From Geosiphon pyriformis uo1 (Eukaryota; Fungi; Glomeromycota): a stretch of 64,000 nucleotides of DNA. Numbering within the stretch: position 1 is the first letter of the stretch; each line of letters starts with the position of its first letter. Under the pieces are notes generated by a model that did no database searches, had not been told where the DNA came from, and saw only the letters and a program-made list of their open reading frames with translations. The stretch spans positions 310,001 through 374,000 of the forward strand of contig JAAOMT010000694.1 in NCBI GenBank assembly GCA_016748015.1, read 5' to 3'. The position numbers and the translations under genes are program-made. Shown here in pieces: positions 1 to 11,914 of this stretch.

Positions 1-3000
1 TTTTACAATATCAAGCAAGAAACATCTGAAACTGTTATGACTTATTTTGGAAGATTTAACAAACTTCTTAGACAAATTCGACAATTGGAAACCAATGACT
101 ACTATTCCAATGCTCAAATTCTGAATCAGTTTATTGCAGGGTTAAAAAACAAACTGATTAAGAAAGTCCATTTACATGCTCCAGCAGACTTAGCAACTGC
201 CATTAAACATGCAAAGAATTATGAAATAACTATGGAAGAAGTGAACCACACCAAACTTGTTAACTTGGTTATTGGAGAAACCAGCTTAGCAGCTGAAGAA
301 AAGATAGACCAACTTACAAAGAAGGTTGAAAGTTATTTTACAAACCAGCAACAACCACAAAAATATCAACCACCACAACAATGCAACCAAAACAACTTTG
401 AACCATCATCCAACAACCAATCTCAAAATTGTCACTATTGTGGAATTCCAGAATACTGAAAACGAGATTGCAGGAAACTACAAAGAGACCAACAAAACAG
501 GAGTAATCAACGTTACTCTTTACCACAACAATCTTATTACCAACCCCTACCACCAACTTATTATTCACTGAGACCACAAATTCAAAACAGCTATTATTAA
601 CCAGCTCTACAACCAATTCAACAACAATATTAGCAACCTTTACCAATTTAGCAATATTAGACACCACCCACTCAACAATATCAAGTACCAGCAAAAAAAT
701 TGGTTCAACATAACCAATTTACATTCCAAAATCAATTTCAGAATAACAACAACAGAATTAATCCAAATAACCAGTTGGTTCTCCGAAATTCTGGTCAGCA
801 AAGACCCAATCACTATTACACTCAACCCAGTTATCTTATAATACCAGAGAAATCGGATTTTCAACAACCTGCACTTTCTGAAGGTGAAGTTGCAGCACCC
901 AGATCAAACCCTTTCAACAACACTATTCCACTAGCTCAAATTGCCCAAAATGCCAACTTTTCAGATATATTCCCATTCGAATTTGAAGCAAATGAATCAC
1001 CATTATTGCTTAGTAATGCAGCAGCTAATGAACAAAAAGCTATTACTGCCATGTACACTGAAGCTACAGTAGAAAGAAAACCCATTCGACTAATTCTAAA
1101 CAGTGGATCAGCTGGAAGTATTATCACCTACTAGTTAATACAACAGCTTCAAAAAACTGTTGACAGACCAGCCCAAACTGTAATTGTTACAGCAGATAGT
1201 ATGAAAAAAATACCAGTAGGAGAAATTGACAATTTTCTATTCACCATTGATGGAATCACCATTCCAGTCAAAGTTCTAGTCATGGATGCACCCTAATACT
1301 AAGCTCTGGTCGAAAATGATTGGCTTCTTAAGGCCAATGCAAACTTGGACTGGAAAATTCAGGAATTAAAAATCTTATACCAAGGACAATACACCATAGT
1401 ATCTGTTACTTGTGATACTTTTAACAAACAATCAGAAAAAGCCCCAGTATTTGAATTTGAAAAGGAGAAAAAAATGCCACTTACTGAAACCTACATGGCT
1501 CTTGGATCAACATCCAATTGGGCTGAAGAAACAGAACAGGAGATTTTTGAAGAATCAAGAAGATGGAAGAAAGTTAGATATTCTACACCAGAATCATGGA
1601 AACAACCACCCTATATTCCACTCAAATACAAAGATTGCAACAAGAAACTTTCATCAATGGGAGCATGTATTTCTCCAGAAGAGGAATATGAAACTTGTAC
1701 CTGTTACTTTTGCAAAGCATGTCATAGAGAACGATTTGGATCTCCAAAAAGAAGTGGAAAATGGGACAACACATCTTGCCTTACATGTGGAGATATGTTA
1801 CCAGAAGAATGCAACTGGATTGATGTTGCAATGAAAGAAGAAGTATGTGATCAAGCCTGTCAATATGTTTTATCAATTTCGGAAAAAGTCAAAAAAGGAA
1901 CACTATTTGATGCAGCATACAACAGTGCTTTCAATAAACTTTACCACTACTCTTATGATGCTGAAATGATTTTTGACTTAGCAATAACATTGATCAATGG
2001 AGCCACCCAAGAAAATGTCTGCCAAATAAAAAGAGCTGAATATATTGAGTATACCATGGAATTAGCTGGATTTGATTATGAAGATAAAGTAGAAACCTAC
2101 CACCAAATTGCAAGCCACACATATCCGACTCAAGAAGCTCAAATTCAACAATTAGAGCAAATGAACATTCAATTGTATGAAGAATGCATCATGTCTTGTG
2201 ATGACAAATAGTGTTCAGAATGCTATGCTCTTAGCATTCCCCTGTCAGAGGAGAATGATGAAAATGAAATTGAATTTGGAGTATTCGAACTAGTAGAAGA
2301 ACTACCAACCACTCCCATCTATCTCTTTGAAAAGCAACCACTTTTACAACTTAAATATTTTGACAACCATGGCCAAGAAATTAGACCAGAAAAAGCACAT
2401 AAAATTGATGCCGAATATGACCTAAGATACCCAGGAAAAAATACTTTGGTTCTTCAACCAAAGTCTTTGACAAAAATCAATCTCAAAATCACTCTTGAAA
2501 TTCCACCTGGAGCAATGGTTCAAATTGCCTCCAGATCATCATTGGCAAGCAAAAAAATCAATATTAGAGGAGGAGTTATAGATACAGGATACACTGGAGA
2601 CATTACCATCATGTTACAGAATGAAACAGACAAACCATTTAAGATTGAACATGCTGAAAAAATTGCTCAAGCAATTTACCTACCCTTAATCAATATTTCG
2701 GGTCTACAATCAGTTAACAACAGAGAACAATTGGAAAAAAGTGAAAGAAGAACTCAAGGTTTTGGTTCAACTGGATAATTTACAGTTTCAGTAAACATAG
2801 CTCTTAAAATACAAAATAAATCTCACCAGATTCTTCAACTTCCCCAACCAATTACCATTTTACCTTTTGGAGAACATCATGAAATTTACACTTGCTCAAA
2901 ACTCATTACTACCCAACAAATCTTTGAATCCAATGAACAAATCTGTTTGAAGCATAAAATCTCAATTCCAAACGTTTATATTCCCAAAGAAATGAAAAAA

Positions 3001-4623
3001 TTTCGAGTTACATTCTACAACCCCAATAATTACCCTATTGTTTTATTAAACAAATTAGAGATTGAAATCATACACAGCAATATTTTTCAAGATGAAAACC
3101 CTCAAATTGTCTCTAATTTTATCGAAATTGTAAGGCACACTCTACTCCCAAATCCAAATATCATTCCCATCACTAAAAACTACCATATTTTGGAAAAAAA
3201 ACTTTCTCATATCAACATGGGTCTCTTAGAATCTCAACAACAAAGACAATTAAAACAATTGATAACTGAATTTGCAGATATATTTGCAAAAGACAACAAT
3301 GACCTGGGAAAAACAGATATTGTTCAACATCAGATCCATACAAGAGATGCTCCACCAAAACATCAGCAAGCTTACAGAGTACCACCTGCCAGTTACCAAT
3401 TCATCAGAAAAGAAGTCCAGAGAATGCTTAATAACGGATTGATTCAACCATCAAGAAGTTTTTGGGCCTTACCAATAGTCCTTGTCAAAAAGAAAAATGA
3501 AAAAATCAGATTTTGTGTTGACTATTGCCAATTGAACAGTGTGACAATTGGAGATACTTACTCTTTTTTAAGAATTGATGACATGTTAGATGCTTTAGGA
3601 AAAGCCAAGTTCTTCTCAACTTTGGACTTGGAAAGTGAATACTGGCAAGTCGAAATGGACCCAAAAGACCGACCCAAAACAGCATTTACCACCCAAAGAG
3701 GAAACTATGAGTTCAATGTTATGCCTTTTGGACTTTGCAATGTACCAGCAACATTTCAGCAACTCATGGATGTTGTATATGAAGGGCTTTTGTGGCAATC
3801 AGTAGTTGTCTATCTTAATGACACTGATATATACTCACCAAGCTTTGAAGCCCATTTCATTCACCTGTGAGAAGTTTTTCAACGATTACGGAAAGCAGGA
3901 TTAAAGTTAAACATTGAAAAATGTCACTTTGGAAAAACAAGCTTGATTTTTCTTGGACACATAGTTAGTAAAGATGGAGTCAAACCAAACCCAGGAACAA
4001 TCAGTGCTGTCAAAAACTTTCAAACTCCTAGAAATACCACAGAACTATAAGAATTTATAGAATTAGTCTCTTACTATCAAAAATTCATAAAAGGATTCTC
4101 AGAAATTGCCAAACCACTCAATTATCTTACCAACAAAAATGTGCCATACAAATGGACTGAAGAACAACAAAAAGCTTTTGAAACTTTCAAAACAAAATTG
4201 ACAACAGCCCCAGTTCTTGCTTACCCAGACTTCAACAAACAGTTCTAATTAGTTACTGATGCTTCACACATAGTATTTGGTGCCATCTTATCACAATTGG
4301 ATGAAAATGGACAAAAACAAGTCATTGCTTATACTAGTAGAACACTTAAACCAACAGAACTAAAATATGGCTCAACTGAATTAGAAGCTGCCACAGTCAT
4401 CTGGGCTCTTAAACATTTTCAACAATATCTGAAGAATGAAAAAAAATTTGATATCATAACTGACAATATTGGTCTTAAATAGCTCAATAAAAAAAAAACT
4501 GAACAAAGTGCCAAACAGTCTTGATGGAATAACTTCTTAGCAGACTACAAATATATTGTACACCACAAACCAGAAAAAATACACATTAATGTTGACAGCC
4601 TTTCAAGAGTGAGACAATATTAA
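1..4623 (+). pseudogene. Single-frame gag-pol polyprotein of element A, broken by nonsense transitions
   Basis: ORF pieces at 37, 700, 1345, 2446, 2947 and 4297 are all in one frame. Motifs: zinc knuckle CHYCGIPEY*KRDC, protease LILNSGS (D>N), RT MPFGLCN and YLND (YLDD), RNase H TDAS / ELEA / ITDN / VDSLSR, then TAA at 4621-4623. Confidence 0.92.
2350..2778 (+). pseudogene. dUTPase domain within pol of element A
   Basis: Trimeric dUTPase motifs I-V: DAEYDL, SRSSLA, GVIDTGYTGDI, EKIAQAI, RRTQGFGSTG. Confidence 0.93.
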
Positions 4624-4679
4624 TACCAACATCAACACCAACAAACTTAACAGCAAAACAAACAACAAAATCAACAACA

Positions 4680-6063
4680 ATGGATCCAGAAAACTACAAC
4701 ATCAAAAACTATTTGGAGACTCTCACCATGCCAGAAAATTGGTTTCCAAGTGAAAAACATTGATTACAACACCAATTCAAACAATATTTTATACACCACA
4801 ACAAAATCTATTACAAAAATTGTAAAAACCCAAACCAACCACTCAGATTAGTACAGGAAAATGAAAAAGAAACAATTTTATATAACATGCATACAGATCT
4901 ATCTTCAGCACACTTGGGAAGAGATGGAACAATTCAAAGAACTCTTGAACATTATTTTTGGCCTCACATGCAAAAAAACATTTGACTATATGTAGAATTT
5001 TGTAATAGTTGTCAAAAAAGAGAAGGAACTCGCTCCACAGAATCTTTAAATCCAATCAAAGTTGGACAATCGTTTGACAGAGTTGGAATTGATTTAGTCA
5101 GACTATTACCTATCACAACCCAAGGAAATTGCTATATTGCAGTAGCAGTAGATTATCTTACCAAATGGTCTAAAGCTAGAGCCATCCAAAAAGCAGATGC
5201 AAAATTAGTAGCAAATTTCCATTTATGAAGACATTATTTGTAGACATAGATGTCCAATTGAACTCTTATCTAATCAAAGAACACATTTTGTGAACAACTT
5301 GATACAAAAAATTAGTGAATGATTCAATGTCAAAAGATTTCTATCATTGTCTTATTACCCTCAAACAAATGAACTTGTAGAATGGTTCAACAGAACATTG
5401 TGTGAATTGTTGGCCAAAGTCTCAACAGATTTTAAGCAAGAATGAGATATCTTTATTTCATCAGTGTTACTAGCATACAGAACACTAAAACAAGATACTA
5501 TGAAACACATACTATTTGACCTTATTTATAGAAGAACAGCAATATTACCAATTAATTTCACAGTAGAAACATATCCAGTACAACCAATCAATGAAGAAAA
5601 CTTTCAAGAAACACTTCAAAGAAAGGCCTACACTCTTCTCAGTACACTGGAAGGAAAAAAAAGGACAGCAGCAACTCACATTGAATATTTCCAAGCTCAA
5701 CAAAAAGAAAGACATAACAACAAATTACCATTCATTATCAACGAATTTAAAGTTGAAAATAAAGTTCTCTTACACAGAACTAAGGCTGAAAAACAATGGA
5801 GTGGAAAATTTGAAAACAAATGGGATGGACCATTTTATATTCACAAAATTTTAGACAATAGATCATACAAGTTAAGACTTGATGATAAAATATTAGCAAA
5901 AGTTGTACATGAAGACAAATTGAAACACTATCATTCCAGAAACAATTCTGAAACATTAATTCCACAAATTGGTACACATTCTCTTTTAATTAATTCTGAA
6001 AATATTCCCCGAAATTTAGAACCAATAATTATAATAGAACAACAACCAAACTTAAACACTTAA
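4680..6063 (+). pseudogene. Integrase of element A
   Basis: Begins MDPENY at ATG 4680. HHCC (MHTD..SAHLG..CNSCQ), GIDLV, LSNQRTHF, PQTNELVE, KWDGPF (GPY/F). Several stops and a +1 frameshift near 5220. No chromodomain seen. Confidence 0.92.
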
Positions 6064-6208
6064 ATTTTACAATAATTCTTTAATAAAAACACAAAGACAA
6101 AAAATAGTAAATAATTACAAAAAACACCCAAACCCAAAAACAAATAAAAACCCCATATTCAAAAATAATTTTCTTTATTCTCTCTTTTCATAATTAGTTA
6201 ATTTTATC

Positions 6209-6916
6209 ATGATTATTCTCCGAAATATTCAACAAATATCCCAAAAGTTAATGTTAGCCTTAAAAACACTTCCTGACTTATCCATAATGATTAATGAAAG
6301 TCAAATTAATTACATTCAGAAAAAAACCACAGCCCCAGTAGTAAATCATTTACAGAACTATCATCTTTATAGAAAAAAAACAAGAAGTTATTCTAAAAAT
6401 AGGTTACCAAGACTTTTGAAACAAGCACTGGAAGAAAATCTTTTAATTGCCCCTATTGACATTCCACCAAATGCTACAATGCAACAAAAACTTCTACTAC
6501 TTCTCAATAAACAGAACAATAAACACACCCCTATCTATAAATATTTTCACATTGGAAAGACACTTTATGAATAAAAACTGAAACTTGAAACAACAAATCT
6601 CACTCCTGAAGCTATACAAAAACAAATTCATAATGAATTCAAAACAGCAGCTGAACCAATAAACACTTGCTACAAACTTAGAGCAGCTTTTAGACTCTAT
6701 GATTTGTTTAATACTTGTGAAAATGTTCTACAAAATCCAATATTGCAATCAATGAAAGTCCAATACATTGGCAAACTCACAGAACTGAAATTTTAACAAT
6801 TTTCAGACCAAATTACTTCAATTATTTTGGATCACTATCTCAATATCACAGATAGTGCTTGGACTTTGATAGAGCTCAGTCTTGAGGAAGAGATTATGTT
6901 ACCAGTAGAATTTTAG
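6209..6916 (+). pseudogene. Extra ORF3 of element A (~235 codons, unknown function), reading through the PPT into the LTR
   Basis: The 6209-6574 ORF continues in frame past two TAA codons (...AAFRLYDLF...IGKLTELKF*...ELSLEEEIMLPVEF*). Confidence 0.75.
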
Positions 6917-7896
6917 CTATTAATTAGCATGAAATTACCCTTATAATTCCTATAATTAATTAGTATATTAATATCATTTCAAATTATCATTTATTATTTA
7001 ATCAATTATCACATATCACAATTCAATTAAATAATCCAATTAGTATAACAAAAAGTAGGATGATCAAATTACACAATACCCTGAACTTTGTAACATTCAG
7101 AAATTCGCCAAAATTTACAGAAATTTGCCAAAATTTATAAGAAATTCGCCAAAATTTATAAAAATTCACCGAAATTATGAATAATTCACCCAAATTAATC
7201 AATAGTTCAGCGAAATAACTTGTAGTCCATCAAAATATATCTTTAGTTTGCCAAAATTTGAGCAAAGAGAAAAAGTGCAAGTTCATAGACTAGTACTACA
7301 ACAAATTGTATAAAAGAAGAGCTTTTCTCTTCAAGAAAATGTATCTTACTTTAGATTTATCACTTAGAACCATTCTTACACACACAAAAAGAAATAAATA
7401 TCAAATAATTTAAAAAACCAAATTCTTTAATTATTGCACTTAGAAAATCCCCAAAACCCAACTAATGTTTTGAAATTGATTAGTTACCAATTTCAGTAAA
7501 CTGTTAGTGACTCCAGGCCTAGATAAAAAACGTTTCCCTTGATAAAATTCAATTTCTTTTATATTTCTTTTACTTTTCTTTTATTTTCTTATTATAATTA
7601 TTAGGGTAGCCTACAGATGAGAAGAGTTGACTTTCACAGCAAAATAACTACACATTTTTAGTGAGCTTCCAGACGAGCAATTCCTGGAAAAGAGTTGACA
7701 TTTATTACAACATAACTACATAAAATAACTGACAAGAAATTGGCTATTCTACTTATAAGCCCAGCAGTTCAAATTATTTCCTATAATTTGAAAATAAATT
7801 CAGTACTAGAGATTTAACTACTTCTAGAAAACGTGAATTTGCAACCAACAGACATTTACAACATTTAAGAAAAGAGACCAAAAACCTCCAGTAACA
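6897..7896 (+). repeat. 3' LTR of element A (1000 bp)
   Basis: TGTTAC...GTAACA inverted termini, preceded by GAGCTCAGTCTTGAGGAAGAGATTA, with TATAAAA at 7309-7315. Confidence 0.88.
7099..7258 (+). repeat. ~20-bp tandem array (AGAAATTCGCCAAAATTTAY-like) in U3 of LTR A
   Basis: Four clear copies plus degenerate ones upstream of the TATA box. Confidence 0.85.
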
Positions 7897-9999
7897 ATGC
7901 CAATTCACCCAGTTCTTTGGTCATCTTATTACAAAAGACAGAATCTTTCCTAACTTAGCTAAAATTGAAAAAGTTCAAAACATTAGACAACCAATGAATG
8001 TTTTTGAACTACACTTTTTCCTTGGTTTGGCTTTTTACTATTGCAAATTTATCAAGAATTTCTCTAAAATTGTCTTTTCTCTCAATCAGCTACTCAGAAA
8101 AAATGTCAATTATTACTGAGACACTTATTAACAAAAAACTTTTGAAATTTTGAAGAAAAAACTTGTTACTGAACCAATTTTTAAGCAACCTGATCTGGAC
8201 TAATCTTTTATTTTCCACACTGATGCATCTGGTTATAGACTTGGTGCTGTTCTTTCACAGAAAAATGAAAATGGTAGAAAACATGTTATAGCATATGCCA
8301 ATAGATCCCTTATACCAACAAAAAAGAACTATTCAGTTACTAAACAAAAATGTTTAACAGTAGTTTGGACTACTAATTACTGGAATTAATATCTTCTTGA
8401 TGTGAAATTTCTAGTAGTAACAGATCATCAAGCCTTAATTTGGCTGCACAATAAAAAAAAGCTAGAACACAAACAAATAACTTGCTAAATACTTTACTTA
8501 GATGAATTTGACTATAATATTCAACACCACAAAAGAGCAAATCATCAAAATGCTAATGCTCTCTCTAAACTTATCATCTAGTAATAGTACAACCTCTCAA
8601 TCAAACCAACTTAATTATTAGTAATATCTTCATAAACAAACACAATAATAGATTTGGACAACTACTTTGTTTTAATGAAATTTTTAGATAAAAGACAATA
8701 TCCACCAAAATACACTTAACAGCAAAAAAAACATTTGCATAAACAATCAATTTTCTATTTGATCTATCAGAACCAATTATATAAAAGAAACAGAAAAGAT
8801 CTTGACTGCCTCCAGAGAGTCATTAAATTTGAAGAAAAAGAAATTATAATATACAATATACATACTGATCCATTAGCTAGATACTTTGAAAAAACAAAAA
8901 CAATTCAGAAAACTTTAGCTTGCTATTATTGGCCTACTTTGAGAAAAAATATTGCTAAATACATCAAAACCTGTAACATCTGCCAAAGAAAAAACAAACC
9001 CAATCACAAAGAAAATATTCATCCAATTTCTGTTGGTCAACCATTTGACAAAATTGGTATAGATGTTGTTGGATCTTTAACAATACCTTCTAATGGCAAC
9101 AGATATATTATCACAGCTACTAACTATCTTACAAAGTGAGTAGAAGCAAAAGCCATTCCAAATTAAACAGCAGTCTCAATAGCCAATTTCATTTATGAAA
9201 ATATCATCTGCCATCATAGCTGCCCCAAAGAATTTTTATCTGATAAAAAAAAGCTTTTCTCAGTACACTGGTTGAAGAACTTTGTAGAAAAATGAGAATA
9301 TGTCATAAACTTTCTTCCCCTTATCACCTTTAAACAAATGGCTTAGTAGAACGTTTTAATAAAACATTATGCAAAATCTTAGCCAAAACCAATAAAAAAA
9401 CAAACTTATGGAACAAAGTACTGCCTTTAGCTTTGTTTGTTTATAGAACTGTGAATCATAACATAACAAGTTATAAATCTTTTTATCTACTCTATAGATG
9501 CATAGCAACACTACCAATAGAAACTGACATTAAGACAATACTTTTTGAAGAAATTACAATAGAAAATTACAAAGACATTTTGCAAAAAAGACTTGGTATC
9601 ATTCTTAACTCCTTGATAGAAACATGAATAATTGCTTTTAAAAAGATAAAACAGTTTCAAGAAAAGCTTAAAAAAAAAAACCTATACAACACTTTCTTTA
9701 AGTATTAGTAACTTGGTATTAGAATACTGTTTAAACATAAACAATGTCTATGGTGATAAATTCTTTAGCTGATGGAAAGGACTCTTTATAGTCAACAAAG
9801 TTTTGAACAATGGTTTTTATATTTTTTAAGATCAATCTGGAACAATCTTTAATGATTGTCCTGTTTATGGTATATAACTCAAGAAATATCATAAATAACC
9901 TGATTGGTTGTCTGTTGTGGTAATACCAACCCAAATGATCAGCAAAAATCAAGTATAAATAAATGCACTATTTCCAAAACAGAGGTATTTTCAATCAAC

Positions 10000-10656
10000 A
10001 TGAACAATTATTTTCTGGATTAAAACATTCAAAATGCTTTCTATACTCTTCATGAGTATTGGATCAAAAACTATCCAAATGCTATTCTAACTATTGAAAA
10101 GCAGACCATCATAACTGATAACAGTAGAACACATACTGTTATTAGATCCAAGAAAACTACTACCAGAAAAGAAAAAATTGGTAGCAAAATAGATAAGTAT
10201 TTGCTAAAAAGCATAACAGCAGCAATACTTGTACCTTTTATTACAATTGGAAAAACAATTCAAGAAATCTTGCCTATAGACAAAAATTTGTCATATGGAA
10301 GACAATTAGAACTCTATGGTCACCTTGGAAAAATTATAGAGAATATAAAATTCATGAAGAAAACAACTTCAAAGATACAAACAGAAATTTTGGACATTAT
10401 ATGATTAGATGTTTCAAGAGTTTTAACTATTGCTAAAAGAGCCAAAACTCTAATACAAAGATTTGGTTTCTTGGATACAAAACTCATTTTATTTCAAGTA
10501 TTATATACTCTATCCACAAAAGACTTCAACAAACTAGTTAGCTTTGAGTTAGATAAAACTCTTTAAATAAACTATACTATGAATAGCTTGATTTCACCAG
10601 AGCTTAATCTCTTTGGAGAGGATAATGTTACAATTGAAACCTATACTTCTTATTAA
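10000..10656 (+). pseudogene. Extra ORF3 of element B (~218 codons), overlapping the PPT and LTR start
   Basis: ATG 10000 is in frame with ORF 10201-10404 and reads on through 3 stops (MNNYFLD*...LYGHLGKII...IAKRAKTLIQRF...ELNLFGEDNVTIETYTSY*). Confidence 0.72.
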
Positions 10657-11352
10657 TTATCACATGTATTAGTTACTAATGTCATATAATTAACCACTTT
10701 ATTTTTAGAAAGTGATTATTGACCTAATTAATGACTTGACCATTAACCTGATCATTAATCTGATTAATAATCTAATTATTGACTTGATTATTGACTTAGT
10801 TGTTAACTTGATCATTAACCACTTTTGATAGCTATATAAGCAATAAATCTCTTAGCTATAAAAAAGCATGTTAGAAATTAAGAAAATCAAATAAATAAAA
10901 TAACAACTTTCATTTTAATTCTTCTCTTATCACTAATTTCTCTTTCTCTATCTTCAAGTATCTGAACATCTTGGGATAAAAGATTATTTGTTGGTTATTT
11001 TTTACCCTTTTTCTGAAATGTGTAATTGCAGTATTTGAAGATTATTGAATAAATGTGATTAAAAAGTACATTTAATATCTAATATTAAATTTTAAGAGTG
11101 CCAATGTGAGACATAGAATTATACCAGTATGTGATCATTTGTTAACAGTATGGACTATCCTTCTATCTTTAAATTTTCTGGTTATTTTTTGAAAAGTATA
11201 GTAACTAAGATATTTTATGAGACTAATCTCACATATTGAATCCATACTTATTTAATTTGCTCTTTAAAGTTGAATTTTCTTTGATTTTTTTTATTACCCT
11301 ACAATTCTGTTCTCTCTTGCTATATATTAGCTTATTACTCCAACTCGTAACA
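10626..11352 (+). repeat. 3' LTR of element B with a 12-bp tandem array (10713-10822)
   Basis: TGTTACA...CGTAACA, preceded by GAGCTTAATCTCTTTGGAGAGGATAA. About 9 units of TGATYATTRACY; TATATAA at 10833-10839. Confidence 0.87.
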
Positions 11353-11914
11353 ATAACAATAAAAAAAAATTAAAAAAAAATTAAGAAATTAGTATTTTGT
11401 TAATAACCATAATTAAGAGTTATTGGTCCAGTATAGTTAAGTATTGGATTCTATTAACATAAAGTGTTAATAGAATAAAAGTGTTTAATATTTCTTTAAT
11501 CAAATAATGATAACATAAATTTAAGTAATAATTGATATTTTATTGATATGTAATTTAATTCTACTTTAAGTTGTAAAAAATTATTTTTTAAAGAAAGGGT
11601 TATAAAATAATTAATGGGTTATGGGTATTGATTCTGAACTGAATCCTGTTTTTTTTGTTTTTAACATTCTTGCTATATATACATATTTCTTGTTCTACAA
11701 GATCTCACATTTTTTTAAGTAATGTGTTTTAATTTATTAATATTGCTTACATTGCTAAGCAGTGTGCCATAATTTGCTAGTTATATACATATTATTAAGC
11801 AATGTATCATAGTTTTTTAATATTGTGCTCATGTGTTAAGTACTATTTTTCTATTAGTTTATTTTTTTATTTGTTTTTTTAGTTTTTTTTCTTTGTATTT
11901 TTTTATAAGTAACA
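11353..11914 (-). repeat. Antisense truncated LTR, same subtype as the LTR at 15783
   Basis: Reverse complement starts TGTTACTTATAAAAAAATACAAAGAAAAAAA and is collinear with 15783-~16380. Confidence 0.85.

Larger units (their letters stand above)
1..7896 (+). mobile_element. Ty3/Gypsy LTR retrotransposon A (5' part outside window): gag-PR-Cys-rich-dUTPase-RT-RH, IN, ORF3, 3' LTR
   Basis: Domain order PR-RT-RH-IN, purine-rich tract, then an LTR bounded by TGTTAC (6897) and GTAACA (7891-7896). The sequence after 7896 resumes in the middle of another element's RT. Confidence 0.95.
7897..11352 (+). mobile_element. Ty3/Gypsy element B (3' half: RT thumb, RH, IN, ORF3, 3' LTR), interrupted by element A
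   Basis: QFFGHLITKDRIFPNLAKIEKV (RT thumb), HTDASGYRLGAVLSQ (RH), integrase 8648-~9940 (HTDPLA..CNICQ..GIDVVG), LTR 10626-11352. Confidence 0.92.

Noticed and set aside
326-1834. Alternative-frame and antisense ORFs in gag-pol (326-571, 338-694, 640-867, 1412-1834)
   Set aside because: Explained by CAA/AAC-rich gag composition; no independent support
1-4623. Alternative genetic code or programmed readthrough explaining in-frame stops
   Set aside because: TAA, TAG and TGA all occur at Trp/Gln/Arg positions alongside D>N and G>E missense changes at catalytic sites; these are mutations
6209-6916. ORF3 as an envelope gene
   Set aside because: Too short, with no signal peptide, TM helix or fusion-protein features
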